Source: Hypanus sabinus
Lineage: Eukaryota
DNA length: 64,000 nucleotides
Assembly (NCBI RefSeq): GCF_030144855.1
Contig: NC_082722.1
Location: 27,652,001-27,716,000, forward strand
Reading direction: 5' to 3'
The position numbers and the translations under genes are program-made. Of the stretch, positions 13,640-25,879 are shown one piece after another; the stretch's first letter is position 1, and every line of letters begins with the position of its first letter. The notes below the pieces were generated by a model. It worked only from the letters and a program-made list of their open reading frames with translations. It was not told the origin of the DNA and ran no database searches.

Positions 13640-14352
13640 ACTTCCGTGGTGTGCAGGTGGAACACGTCAAAAGCTTTACGTTCCTCGGCGTGAATATCAC
13701 AAATGACCTGACTTGTTCTAACCAAGCAGAGTCCACTGCCAAGAAGGCCCACCAGCACCTTTACTTCCTGAGAAAGCTGAAGAAATTTGGTCTGTCCCCT
13801 AAAATCCTCACTAATTTTTATAGGTGCATCGTAGAAAACATTCTTCTAGGGTGCATCACAACCTGGTATGGAAGTTGTCCTGTCCAACACCGGAAGAAGC
13901 TGCAGAAGATCGTGAACATAGCCCAGCTCATCACACAAACCAATCTTCCATCCTTGGACTCACTTTGCACCACATGCTGTCGGAGCAGTGCTGTCAGAAT
14001 AATCAAGGACACGACCCACCCATCCAATACTCTTCTCGTCGCACATCCCTCCGGGAGATGGTTCAATAGCATGAAGATTCGAACGGCCAGATTTGGGAAC
14101 AGCTTCCTTCCAACTGTGATAAGACTACTGAACAGATCCTGACCCGGATCTGAGCCATACCTTCCAAATATCTAGACCTGACTTGCACTATCTTACTTTC
14201 CCTTTTCTATTTTCTAATTATGATTTATAATTTAAAATTTATTATATTTATTTTGATTTGTACTTCAGGGAGCGCGAAGCGCAGAAACAATTATCACTGT
14301 GATGATTGTACGCTCTAGTATCAATTGTTTCGTGACAATAAAGTATTAAGTA
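13640..14352 (+). mobile_element. Rex1/Babar-like LINE 3' fragment
   Basis: ORF 13597-14142 VKSFTFLGVNI..KKAHQHLYFLRKLKKF..ITTWYG..RFGNSFLPTVIRLLN, then 3' UTR ending aataaagtattaagtatt. Confidence 0.8.
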
Positions 14353-14429
14353 TTTTCCCATTTAGATAATATTCTGCACGTTTATTTCTTCCACCAACGT
14401 GCATGGCCATACAATTTCCAACATTTTAT

Positions 14430-16350
14430 TTAATTTGACAATTCTTTGTGCTTTCCCCTAAACTATCTATGTCTGTCAGCAGGCTCTCTGTTTCCTCAAC
14501 ACTGCTCTCCACTTATCTTGGCAAATTTAGCCAAAATTCATTAATCCCTTTGTTATGATCTGGTCCATGAAATCCACGATCTGGTTCATGGTCCGGTCCG
14601 TAGACTCCAGACTCCGGGTCTCCTGGCTGTCTGTCGTTTCAGTTGGGCTTAATCACAGGCACCTAATTCTCATATTGGGGCTGGAATATAAAGAGAACTG
14701 GGTTCGAGTGTGGTGGCTGGTTAGTATCGTCGGTATCCAGTCCTCGCCTCTCTGGGGTAACTCAGGCTGTCTTTGCCGTTACCCTGCGGTTGGAACTGTC
14801 CCTCTCTGTCCTTGCCTCCGTTGGGTAAGCCTGGCCGGCTTTGCCGTTATCCTGAGGCTGGACTGTTCTCTTTCCTTCCCCTTCTTTCTGCTACCCTCGC
14901 CTGTAGCCTTGCCTGCTACCCACGCCAGAAGCCTTGCTTGCTACAAACGCCTGAAGCCTTGCCTGCAACCTCGCCTGCGTCCTTGCCTGTATCGCCGTTA
15001 ATTTCAGCCGTCGGAGTGAGACCGGTGCCTGGTCACGCCAACAGAAGGAACTACCTATCGTTGAGCTTAGAGCTGTCTCTTTGTGTCCCCGTGTTTAGTG
15101 TCGGTGTATGTCTCGGAGGAGACCCTCTGTCCCCAAGGAGGAGTCCTGCCTCTATGTTCCGTGTATGAGAACTGGCTCTATGTCCTGTTCCCAAGGAGGG
15201 ATACCGGCTCCATGTTCTGTTGTTCCTGTGCTCAAGTCTGAGGCTCAGTTTAGCGTGCTCAAGTCCAGGGCTCAGTTTCCCGTGCTTAATTCCGAGTCTC
15301 CGTGGAGATTCCAATCCGTGTCCAAGGATCCGAAGAGGTATCCACTCCGTGTCCAATTCCAAGTCGTAGCCCAAGCCCTGAGTCCTAGTCTCGTCGAGGG
15401 CCAGTGTCCATGTCCAGCTACGCATCTCCCCGCTTCTGCTTTGCTCTCCCTCGACCAGCACCTAGTCTGAGCTTCTTATCCTCCTCCAGCCCTGGAGTCC
15501 CGCGTCCTGCCCCTACGTCCAGTCCTGTTACCTTGCCACGTCCAGTCATCTCCTAGTTCTGGAGTCCGATCCCGAGTCAAGACCAAGATTCCTGGTCCCT
15601 GTTCAGTCTCTGGCTCGGAGTCCTAGTCCAGGTTCCTAGTTCCTCGTCCAGATCCCGCTTTCCTAGTCTAGTATTAGCGCAGGCACTGTATACTAGTCTC
15701 GTCCAGGGCTTGTGTCTCGTCCAGCTTTGTTTCTCCCTCACCAGATCCCACTTTGCCTAGTACATCAGTGTCTGTGTCTTGCATTTAGGTCCGTTCTCAA
15801 GCACCACCTTATGACACCCATAGACCAAATTATTGACATGTATCATAAAAAGCAGTGGTCCCAAAACCCACCCCTGTGGAATTCCGCTGGTAACCGGCAG
15901 CCAGCCAGAATTGGTTCCCTTTATTCCACTCTCTGTTTTCTGCCAATCAGCCAATGCTCCACCCATGCTAGTACCTCCTCTGTAATTTCATGGGCTCTTA
16001 TCCTAATAAGCAGCTTCACGTAAGGCATTTTGTCAAATCCCTTCTTAAAATCCAAGTATACCATATCTATTGCAACTGCTTTGTCTATCCTGCATGTAAT
16101 TTGCTTAAAAATTTGCAGTAGGTTAGTCAGGCAGGATTTTCCTTTCCGAACACCATGCTGGCTTTGGCCTATTTTGTCATGTGCCTCCATGTTCTCCATA
16201 ATTTCTTCCCTACCAATGGATTCCAACATGTATATAAACATTATCCCAAAGAAGGCTAATTTTACAGACCTGTGCAGACCCTTCTCACTGTACCACTTAT
16301 GACTGAATACCTTCGAAATATCATCACATTTTTCTTCCATCCGGGTGGAT
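14430..16350 (-). mobile_element. CR1 LINE RT fragment interrupted by a solo LTR
   Basis: ORFs 15921-16355 (QHGV..GKSCLTNL..LDFKKGFDK) and 15757-15966 (GIPQGWVLGPLLF); the sequence resumes left of 14551. Confidence 0.8.
14551..15816. mobile_element. Solo LTR (probably Gypsy-type), 1266 bp
   Basis: TGTTATGA...TTATGACA termini; flanks ccctt/cccat (5-bp TSD, one mismatch); TATA-like ggaatataaag near 14685; internal short repeats; splits a CR1. Confidence 0.75.
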
Positions 16351-16359
16351 TCCAAAGTG

Positions 16360-16830
16360 AATGCATGAACATTAATATCTCTAATTTTTGATACTTATTT
16401 CATCATCCCCGTTCTCTTTTTTCTCTATTTCAAATTCTGGCTTGCTTTCACCTCTTCGCTTTTTCTCATTTGCCAACACCTCCACTTGTACCCCTCCTTC
16501 TTCAATTACTTCCAGGATCCACTTTCTTCTCCGATCAGATTCCTTCTTGCAGCCTTTTCCTTTTCCACACATCACCTCCCAGCTTCTACGTCATTCCACC
16601 CCCATCATTTACACACGTTCCTACCAAGCTGGTGTCTCCTATCACCTGCCATCTGGTATTCCTTCCCCAACTTATTGCAGCTTCTGACCACTTTTTTTTT
16701 TCGCTGGCCTGATAAAGTGCTTCGGCCAGAAAAATCGACAGTTTATTTATAGCATACGCGCTGCCTTCCTTACTGAATTCCATCAGAATTTTTTAGTATT
16801 CTTCAAGATTTCCAGCATCTGCGGAATTCC
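16360..16830 (+). mobile_element. Penelope-like element 3' remnant
   Basis: Pyrimidine tract then ctgataaagtgcttcggccagaaaaatcgacag and ccagcatctgcgga terminus. Confidence 0.65.
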
Positions 16831-17541
16831 TCGAGATTATATTTTTCCCCTGGCTTTTCCGAATTCAATTTCATACGTAATTTGCAAACGAGGAAACTCT
16901 AAAAAGCATGAAACTGGAAATAGCCATCCTTACAACGCCCATTATCAGCTCCATCATGAACACGAATATCTGATAATAACAGAGGAAAACTGAAGCAAAC
17001 GAACATTGGTGTTATTTATGGAAATACTGAACTTCGGCAAAGCAGCAACCATACGGTATGAACGAACAAAGTGCCAACGTTCACTCTATCAGTCGAACGA
17101 TAGCCACTGATGACAGTGTATGTGTGCATTTGCAGTTCTGTTGGCAGGTGTGACTGAGGAAACACCCGCAAGAACTATAGACTAAATTGTTTATGGCAAT
17201 CCGACACATAACACAAAAATGCGCTTGGGTTTTGAGTTAGGGAATTACTTTGTACTATTCCTGCTGCCTTAAGGAGTTACCTACTCTCCCAACTCGATTT
17301 TGTTAAACTTCATTTCAATAATGAAAGAAACGCTCGTGATTCTAGCAGGCTGATGGAGTTGAAATACCATATGAATCATAAAGAATTTTTTTCAAATTTT
17401 GACATAGATTTTGTGTAAAACGACAGGAATCTGAAATTGATAACTTATGAATACATCACTAGTTTATTTTACAATTATTTATTCGATTTGTTCAACTCAA
17501 TGGATTCTTAATTAGTCACTGATTTTGAAATATTTTCACAG

Positions 17542-17673
17542 ACTAAAATAAATGGAGCTGACAAACTGACCTACGCGGCTCTGCAGCTTCCCGATTCCAA
17601 GAGCACCTCAATATCCAAACATCAAAACCAACATACACTCTACGCAGATGTAAATACATCAAAGAAACTGTGA
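17542..17673 (+). CDS. Terminal cytoplasmic exon (type W) of gene A with ITIM and ITSM
   Basis: CAG|TKINGADKLTYAALQLPDSKSTSISKHQNQHTLYADVNTSKKL*; LTYAAL is an ITIM and TLYADV an ITSM; 132 nt, phase 0. The exon is intact although the upstream gene is damaged. Confidence 0.75.
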   Translation, partial: TKINGADKLTYAALQLPDSKSTSISKHQNQHTLYADVNTSKKL

Positions 17674-18563
17674 AGCTGAGAATCCAACTGCAGTTTAGAG
17701 TCACAGTCTATAGACTGTGAATGAGTGCAGACCTAGGCATTGCTTCTTTTCATTAAATACAAGTAATTAACAGGAATAAGATTGGGAATAAGCCATTCCG
17801 TCTCTCTCTACTACCCAGTCATCATCTCCATTGAACATTCCCCGATCATTCCAGGAAAGATATCGCCCCTGTGTTTGAATATAGATCAGTATATGTCGTA
17901 TGATGAAAACAATTCAGTACTCTTCTATTTCTTATACATTCACGGCATGTTGCTCAAAATTAGCTCTATAATGCAACTGCACTATTACATGGTAGTGACA
18001 GAAATCCCAGGACACCAAAAAGGCAAGAGAAAAGCATCGCAACCTGTGTACCTGTCCAAGCCCACATTGAAACAGAGGAGATACGCACATGGTCCCTTTA
18101 AAGGAAATCAGGTTTAGCCTAATCATAATACTTGACTGAAAAACGTGGACGTTGGAATGTAGATTTACATATGAATCACGTGTCTAGATGTGTATTCATG
18201 AAGAACATGGAGTTTTACACAGAGCTCCTCAGCGATTAATAACTGCACCGTTTCCCAATAGCGCAAAATAAATCTGAAATATGCCAAGTATCACCTCCAC
18301 TGGTGCCCCTCCTTCTTCCATTTCTTCCAATGTCCACTTGCTCCTCCTATCTGATTCCTTCTTGTACCCTTTTCCTTTTCCACTCATTACCTCCCAAATT
18401 CGACGCCATTTGATAAAATGTTGACATAAACTTTGTGTCAAACGGCAGAAATCGAAAATTCATAACTTATGAGTGCATCACTAGTTTGTTTCACAATTTT
18501 TGATTCAACTTGTTCAACTCAATGAATTCTCAATTAACCGCTGATTATGAAATAATTTCACAG

Positions 18564-18854
18564 ACTAAAAGAAATGGAGCTGACAAACCGACTTACGCTG
18601 CTCTACAGCTTCCCGATTCCAAGAACACCTCAGCATCCACACATCAAAAGCAACATACATTGTACGCTGATGTCAATACATCAAAAAAAACTGAGAATAT
18701 GAGGTTCCAAATCAGGTTAGAGCTGGAGACTATCAATGAGTGCAAGCCCGAGGCATTGCTTCGTTTTATTTCTTCCATCCAGACAAAGATTGTTAATCGA
18801 CAACACATTTATAATTTAGGAGATAAGGGATCAATTTCGTCTTCGATTTATTGA
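18564..18854 (+). pseudogene. Second copy (W') of the terminal ITIM/ITSM exon
   Basis: CAG|TKRNGADKPTYAAL..TLYADV; ITIM Leu changed to Pro; an extra A in an A8 run removes the stop and extends the frame to 18854. Confidence 0.75.
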
Positions 18855-21402
18855 AGGCGATCATCACCGGAAACTTAAGAACAAGATTGCGAATAAACCA
18901 CCCCCTCTCTCTACTGTCCGTTCATTCCAGAGGAAAATGTCTGACATGCTCAGCCATATTCTCTCTGGTGTATCATTAAACAGACCCCAGTCATGAGATA
19001 AACCTACTCTGTCTTCAGTACCGATGCCTTCCCCATCCCCCAGAAATCCCCTCCACAGTTCTCAGAGGATGAAAGAAATATCAGAGACTCGTTAGCACCA
19101 GCTACAGAAACGTTGCTGTGCAACAAACGCCACTGAACAGTTACCTTTGCTCACTTATGTCAACGTTCAACCGCGTTAAATATAGATTTGAAGGTGAGAA
19201 AAAAATCGCAACATGCTCTCGGGAAAACAACTCTGGTCTAAATATTAATCAGTAAATGTCATATGATAAAAAAAATCAATGCACTTGTTTCATGTACATT
19301 TACGGCTTGCTGCTCAAAATTAGCTGTAAAATATAACTGCACTACCACATGGTAGGAATAGAAATCCCAGGGCACCCAAAAGACAAGAGAAATCCATTGT
19401 AAGCTGTTACTGTCCCAGCCTACATTGAAGCAGAGGAGGTACGCACACGGTCACATTAAACGGAATCAGGGTTAGCCTAATTATAACACTGGACTGAAAA
19501 AACGTGGACGTTGGAAAGTAGGAATATAGGAATCACCTGTCTAGATGTGTATCCTCGAAGAATATAGTGCTTTGGACAGAGCTTCTCGGTGATTAGTAAC
19601 TTCCAAGTTGCCCCCAGTGGAACAAAATAAATTTGAGTTATGCCCAGCATTTATTTGGCAATGGGCGTAAATTGACGCATTATTTCCGGACCAGATAGAT
19701 GTATGTGTGACACAAGAGGGTGAACATCCTGATAGGATAATACATTATTGTTGCTCATCAGATCAGCGTGGTTGGTAGATAAGGTGCGGTAGTAAGGAAG
19801 GTTTGGAGTAGGTACAGGGAATATAGGCAGTGAAATATATCCTCTGTCTGATAATACAAACAACTTCTATTCCTGAAAGAGTTTAGGCAATCCCGAGAAA
19901 TTCGCGAAAATAATAGAAATGTACACCCTTGGAAACAAGACTGGGCCGCTCAGACTGTTCTGTTGGAAATGCTGGCTGGGATAGATTTCCCTTTGAGAAT
20001 CAGTCATACACTTCCTTCCCTAGGTCACTTCACATTTCAAATCCCGTCGACTTCTCCACCTTTAAATATTGTTTTGATATTTACTATCAAGTAAAGAAGC
20101 AGAATTATATCTTAATCGTAACTGACAGGGTCTTTGTGCTCTTACCTTTCATATTAATTTATTCATCTCCTCATTAAAACACAATCAGCCATTTGTAATT
20201 TATCTGATGAGCAAGTTAACAAGAGTAAACTACTTGCTCAAGCAATTGTGAAGTGCTGGTGATATCTTCTAAAGTGCTTTTCAGGACGTATTTACTTTCA
20301 GTTCACCTCAACGTTGTTTCACACATATATCACTGCTTGCTCGCACTGGAGAATACCCTTTGCAAAAAAAAAACAACACTCTTTATTACCAATAGAAAGG
20401 CACGTGTGTACTATATTTACCGGGGAAAAAATCAGTATACGAAAATAAATACAATAATAATATAAACGATAGCGGTTTCAGTGGCTTTAAATATTTGTGA
20501 AGTACAGACAGTTGTAAAATCGTGAAAATTCCTCTGAATCATCTCAATCAAATGCTTTCTGTCACTGCGACGGCCTGGAGAGGGCGCCATCTTTATTTTA
20601 CTACAATCAGCCGTCTGAAAAAATGTTTGACATTATTAAATGATGCTGTTCTTACAGCTTTCATTCTGCTTCCGAGTTCCAGCGGCAGAATTATTGAGGA
20701 CTAATATAAGAAAGGTACTGAGGTAGAACATTGAAATAACACACAGCCAGAAGTCCTGTTTGCAAATTGTCTGACTAAGTGCTCTACCAGGCACGCTGTC
20801 AACTTGTAACTGGAGTGTGAAGTGCAGAGGAGGTAGCTTCATGAACAGGAGGGGTAACTGTTAAAGACAGAAATTGCTGTTAGCAATGTAGGAAATGCTT
20901 GGGATACGCAATGTTGGATTGGAAGGAAGTTAAAAAGGAGCTGATGAAAGAGTGGATCAGGATTCCATAGAAGGAATTAATTCATACAAAACTGTTGAAT
21001 TATTGTGTCACTATGTTGAAATTGTTAAAAAAAAAACTTAGTACAGAACCAGATTGATATTTACCTTGACTCTTGTTGACATCAGGCCGAAGTCAAAGTT
21101 TTAGGATTTGTCGACATTGTTAAACAAGTGGTTTGTTGCTGCATTGATCCTTGTGGATGCAACATGCAGATGTTGGTTTGAAACAAAATCGTTTATTCAT
21201 AGGGTCCACTTTTCTGCCTGATGATGGGATGATTCATTTTTTAAATCCAACGTCAATGTTACATTTGTCTCTGGACGAATACATTATGCAAGTGTCCATA
21301 TGGACAGGCTTTTTCACAGTGAATAATACTCGTCTGTAGTGAACACATTGTGAAGTATTTTTACAGCAAGATTCAATCGCAATGTGACTCACAGTTATAT
21401 GT

Positions 21403-21598
21403 AAGCCTCGACTCAATGGGAATACCCAATATGTTGACAGCGGAAATACTTATGACAACTAAAATGCAGAAGATTTTAGACACAGCTCAGTACATTAGGA
21501 AAGCCTCGACTTAATGGGAATACCCAATATGTTGACAGCAGGAATACTTACGACAACTAAAATGCAGAAGATTTTAGACACAGTTCAGTACATTAGGA
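21403..21598 (+). repeat. Direct tandem duplication, 2 x 98 bp
   Basis: aagcctcgac..tacattagga at 21403-21500 and 21501-21598 with about 5 mismatches. Confidence 0.95.
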
Positions 21599-23187
21599 AA
21601 TCAACCTCCCCTCTGTACTCTGTATGCACCTGCCAATACTGTTCCTTCTAAGCTGCATGACTGGGAATGCTCAATAACTCCGACACATTACCTTTGATTC
21701 TACGCTGTTGGAATTCTCTTTCATATAATGTTAATGTAATTGTGAAAGTACGCTGATCTAATTTTGAAGTCTGTGTTGATATAATCGTGAAATTCCCATT
21801 AATTAATTATGTTTGTCAATACAATCCATCAACTCTCTAAATAATAAATATGCTACAATCTTCACTGAAAAGCATTTTAGTGCTTCAACGTACTTACATA
21901 CTCAGAGTTTCGAGTTACAACACTGCGACAAATGGTTACAATTAACTCAGAATCAACGTGGGTAATGATAATTAATAAACCGCCAGCCCGTGCTTAATCC
22001 TCTTTCAGGCCAGGTGGTACAAACTTCTTGCTTAGAGCAATGGTTGGTCCACGAAGCTGGTTTCCCTCAAGTCTTCTGCAATAGATGTTATATGTTATAC
22101 TTAGACTTGGTCCGTGCCGTTCCTAGAGATGATGCATGTCTCCATTCTCCGCAACAGTGTCTCAACATCCTCGTCAACCGGGATCCCGAATCTTATTGTT
22201 GTTGCCACTCTCTCTATCAGTACCATTCATGCATAGCGGCAGTTAGTAGAGGGCATAGCCTTGAGATAAGAGAAGAAAAAATAACTAAGGTTTGCGAGGC
22301 AGGTATATTACGGAGAGAGTGGTAGGCGAATTGACAGCGCTGCAAGAGAATTGATCACAACAGTTAAAGGACGTACAAATATTCCCATGAACTGACAAAA
22401 AAAAGGAGTGATGTAGAATGTCACCGAGTAGATAGAATTTTGTTCGGGTTATTATTGATATAGATGTCATTGGATGAAAAATATGGATCAATTATGGATT
22501 AAGAAGCAATAATGGGCTACAACTGATATCGGATAGACGCATTGAACCGCGAAGGACTGGAGCATAGGAAACGCCCTGTGTGAATTCGGATCGGCACTAA
22601 GGCGATATGTGGAAGTAGTAAAGGGTTGCTTGAGATGGAATCTGATAGGAGAAGACATTGGGCCATTGGAGAAAGGAAAGGAGGAGCAGCAGCAAAGAGA
22701 GGGGAGGAGAAGAGAATGGACAAAACGGGACCCAGAATGAGAAATGGAAAACGATGAATGGTGTACTGGACTAATCACTGAAAGTGGGAGAAATCAAAGT
22801 ACATATCTGCAGATTGGAGACTACCGAGACGGAATATAAATCCACCTATCAAGTGCCATCTCGTTACTTCCCCCTCCCTGTACCTATCACCTTACAGCTT
22901 ATACGCCTTTCCCTCCCCTATCTCCTTATTATGAATTCTTCCCACTTCTTTTCCAGCCCTAAAAAGGGATTTTATCCCGAAATATCGACTGTTTTTCACC
23001 ATTGATGCCGCCTGACCCACTGAGTTCCGCTGGCACTTTGTGGGCTTTCTTCGGGATTTCCGGTATCTGCAGAAATTCTTGTACACAAGGCATCGACATA
23101 GCATTGACCATGTGACTTCATACAAAATTATTACTTGTTTATTATATCCTATGAATTTCTAACTTTCAGACAAAACTCTCATCTGCA

Positions 23188-23243
23188 ATGTCCGTGGATT
23201 CAAACGCTTGGTGCGTGGCTCTTCTCGCCTGTTTTTTGGCAAG
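23188..23243 (+). pseudogene. Leader exon of receptor gene C (1-nt insertion)
   Basis: ATG TCC GTG GAT..TGC GTG GCT CTT CTC GCC..AG|GT; homologous to the gene B leader; 56 nt vs 55 nt. Confidence 0.8.
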
Positions 23244-23745
23244 GTGCGCTTAATTTTTTGTGCCCATTCTACGGAGTAAATACATTATAATATTTCCAAC
23301 CATATATTTCTTATGCCTATACTCATACACAACTCCAAATCCTGTCCCCGCCTTTAACTACACCTCAACCAGCCCAAAAACCTTTAAGCAATCAAATGCT
23401 TTAAACAGCGGATGAACTGAAATGCCTCCTATTTAGACGAATAATTTGATTCGGGTTAGCTAATTCGAGATTGGTAGCTGTAGAAAAGCTGTGTTGAGAG
23501 CAAATCACAAGCCATCTAATTCATGCAAAGCGTTGTCGAATTTAAACGTTATCCGCCTGTACTGCAGCCTGATTTTTTGCCACATATCTCGACGTATTTT
23601 ACCGATGTCGCTCCTGCAGTTGCTTAACCACATAGCTACAAATATTTATATGTAATTAATAAACATCGTTCACAATGGCAAACTCTCGAAAAGCTTTTGG
23701 GAAACGGGGAACCTTGAAACAGTTCAGTAAATTCACAGAGGAATA

Positions 23746-25586
23746 TATAATCATAGAACCATAGAAATTACAGCACAGAAACAGGCCTTTTGGCCCTTCT
23801 TGGCTTTGCCGAAGCACTTTTCTGCCTAGTCCCACTGCCCTGCACGTGACCCATATCCCATACATCTCTCATCCATGTACCTGTCCAAATTTTTCTTAAA
23901 TGTTAGAAGTGAGCCCGCATTTACCACTTCATCTGTCAGCTCATTCCACGCTCCCACCACTCTCTGTGTGAAGAAGTCCCCCCCAATGTTCCCTTTAAAC
24001 TTTTCCCCCTTCACCCTTAACCCATGTCCTCTGTTTTTTTTCCTCCCCTAGCCTCGGTGGAAAAAGCCTGCTTACATTCACTCTATATATACCCATCATA
24101 ATTTTATATACCTCTATCAAGTCTTTCCTCATTCTTCTACTCTCCAGGGAATAAAGTCCGAACCTATTCAACCTTTCTATGTAACTCGGTTTCAGCAGTC
24201 CCGACAACATCATTGTAAACCTTCTCTGCACTCTTTCAACCTTATTAATAAATATCCTTCCTGTAATTCGGTGATCAAAACTGCACACAATGCTCCAAAT
24301 TCGGCCTCCCCAATGCATCATACAACCTCACATAATATTCCAACTCTTATACTCAATACTTTGATTTATAAAGGCCAATGTACAAACAGCTGTCTTTACT
24401 ACCCCATCTACCTGTGATGCCACTTTTAGGGAATTCTGTATCTGTATTCTTAGATTCCCTCTCTTCTAGTGCACTCCTCAGTGCCCTACGATTTACCTTG
24501 TATGTTCTACCTTGGTTTTTGCTTCCAAAGTGCAATACCTCACGCTTGTCTGTATTAAACTCCAACTGCTCCATTTTTCAGCCCATTATCCAGCTGGTTC
24601 AGATCCCGCTGCAAGCATTGAAAACGTTCCTCACTGTCCACTACACCTCCAATCTTAGTATCATCAGCAAATTTGGTGATCCAATTTACCACATTATCAT
24701 CCAGATCATTGATATAGATGACAAATAACAATGGACCCAGCACTGATCCCTCTGGCACACCACTAGTCACGGGCCTCCACTCAGAGAAGCAATCTTCCAC
24801 TACTACTCTCTGACTTCTCCCATTGAGCCAATGTCTAATCCAATTTAATACCTCACCATGTATACCTAGCGACTGAGTCTTTCTAACTAACCTCCCATGC
24901 GGAACCTTGTCAAAGGCGTTACTGAAGTCCATGTACTTTCCTTGTAACCTCCTCGAAAAACTCTAGTAGATTTGTTAAACATAACCTACCACGCACAAAG
25001 CCGTGTTGACTCTCCCTAATAAGTCCCTGTCTACCTAAATACATATAGATCCTATCTGTTAATACTCCTTCCAATAATTTACCTACTACCGACGTCAAAC
25101 TTGCCAGCCTATAATTTCCTGGATTACTTTTAGATCCTTTTTTAAACAACGGAAGAACATGAGCTAGCCTTCAATCTTCTGGCCCCTCACAGGTGGATAC
25201 CAATATTTTAAATATATCTGCCAGGGCCCCTGAAATACGAGTCTACTTCAAGGTCTGAGGGAATACCCTGTCGTGTCCTGGGGATTTATCCACTCTGATT
25301 TGCTTCAAGATAGCAAGCACCTGCTCCACTTCTATCTGTATATATTCCAAGACCTCCATACTTGTTTGCCTTATTTCAATTGACTCCATGCCAGTTACCT
25401 CAGTAAATACGGACGCAAAAAAAAAAAAACATTTAATATCTCCCGCATATCCTTTAGGTCCATACGTAGCCGACCACTCTGATCTTCAAGAGGACCAATT
25501 TTATCCCTTACTATCCTTCTGCTATTAATATACCTGAAGAAGATCGTTGGATTATCCTTCACCTTGACTGCCAAAGCTACCTCGTA
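23746..25586 (-). mobile_element. CR1 LINE, 5'-truncated, in the V-C1 intron of gene C
   Basis: ORFs with DFSNAFDKVPH, GVPEGSVLGPLLF, FADDTK, VRPHLE-like region, TRG/FFTQRVV; absent at the orthologous site in B (~51255). Confidence 0.9.
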
Positions 25587-25879
25587 TCTTCCTTCCAGCT
25601 AACGCTACAAAGGGAAACAAAGCCACTTCATTAATGTCAATTACGGGACACGTGCGTAAAACCTCCACAGAAACTCCACAATGCCGAGCCCATTGAAACC
25701 AGCATAGGCATGCAGATTCATTGAGACGCATTTTGCGTTTATACAAAATTGACCTGTCAATTGCAAGGTCGGACCAAAAGTGGCAAGTTTGAAGAAGAAA
25801 TAAAGTCAGTCCTACCTCGCTCTAAGACTGTTACATTTATTGCAAACAGGCATGTCATCAACACCACTGTCTTCTCGTG

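Larger units (their letters stand above)
17380..19620 (+). repeat. Tandem duplication of the terminal-exon region (about 17380-18270 and 18410-19620)
   Basis: Intron upstream of the exon, the exon itself, and downstream blocks (17940-18260 vs 19305-19620) align by eye. Confidence 0.85.

Noticed and set aside
14555-15470. Several 120-148 aa ORFs
   Set aside because: All lie inside the repetitive solo LTR, are low complexity, and show no domain.
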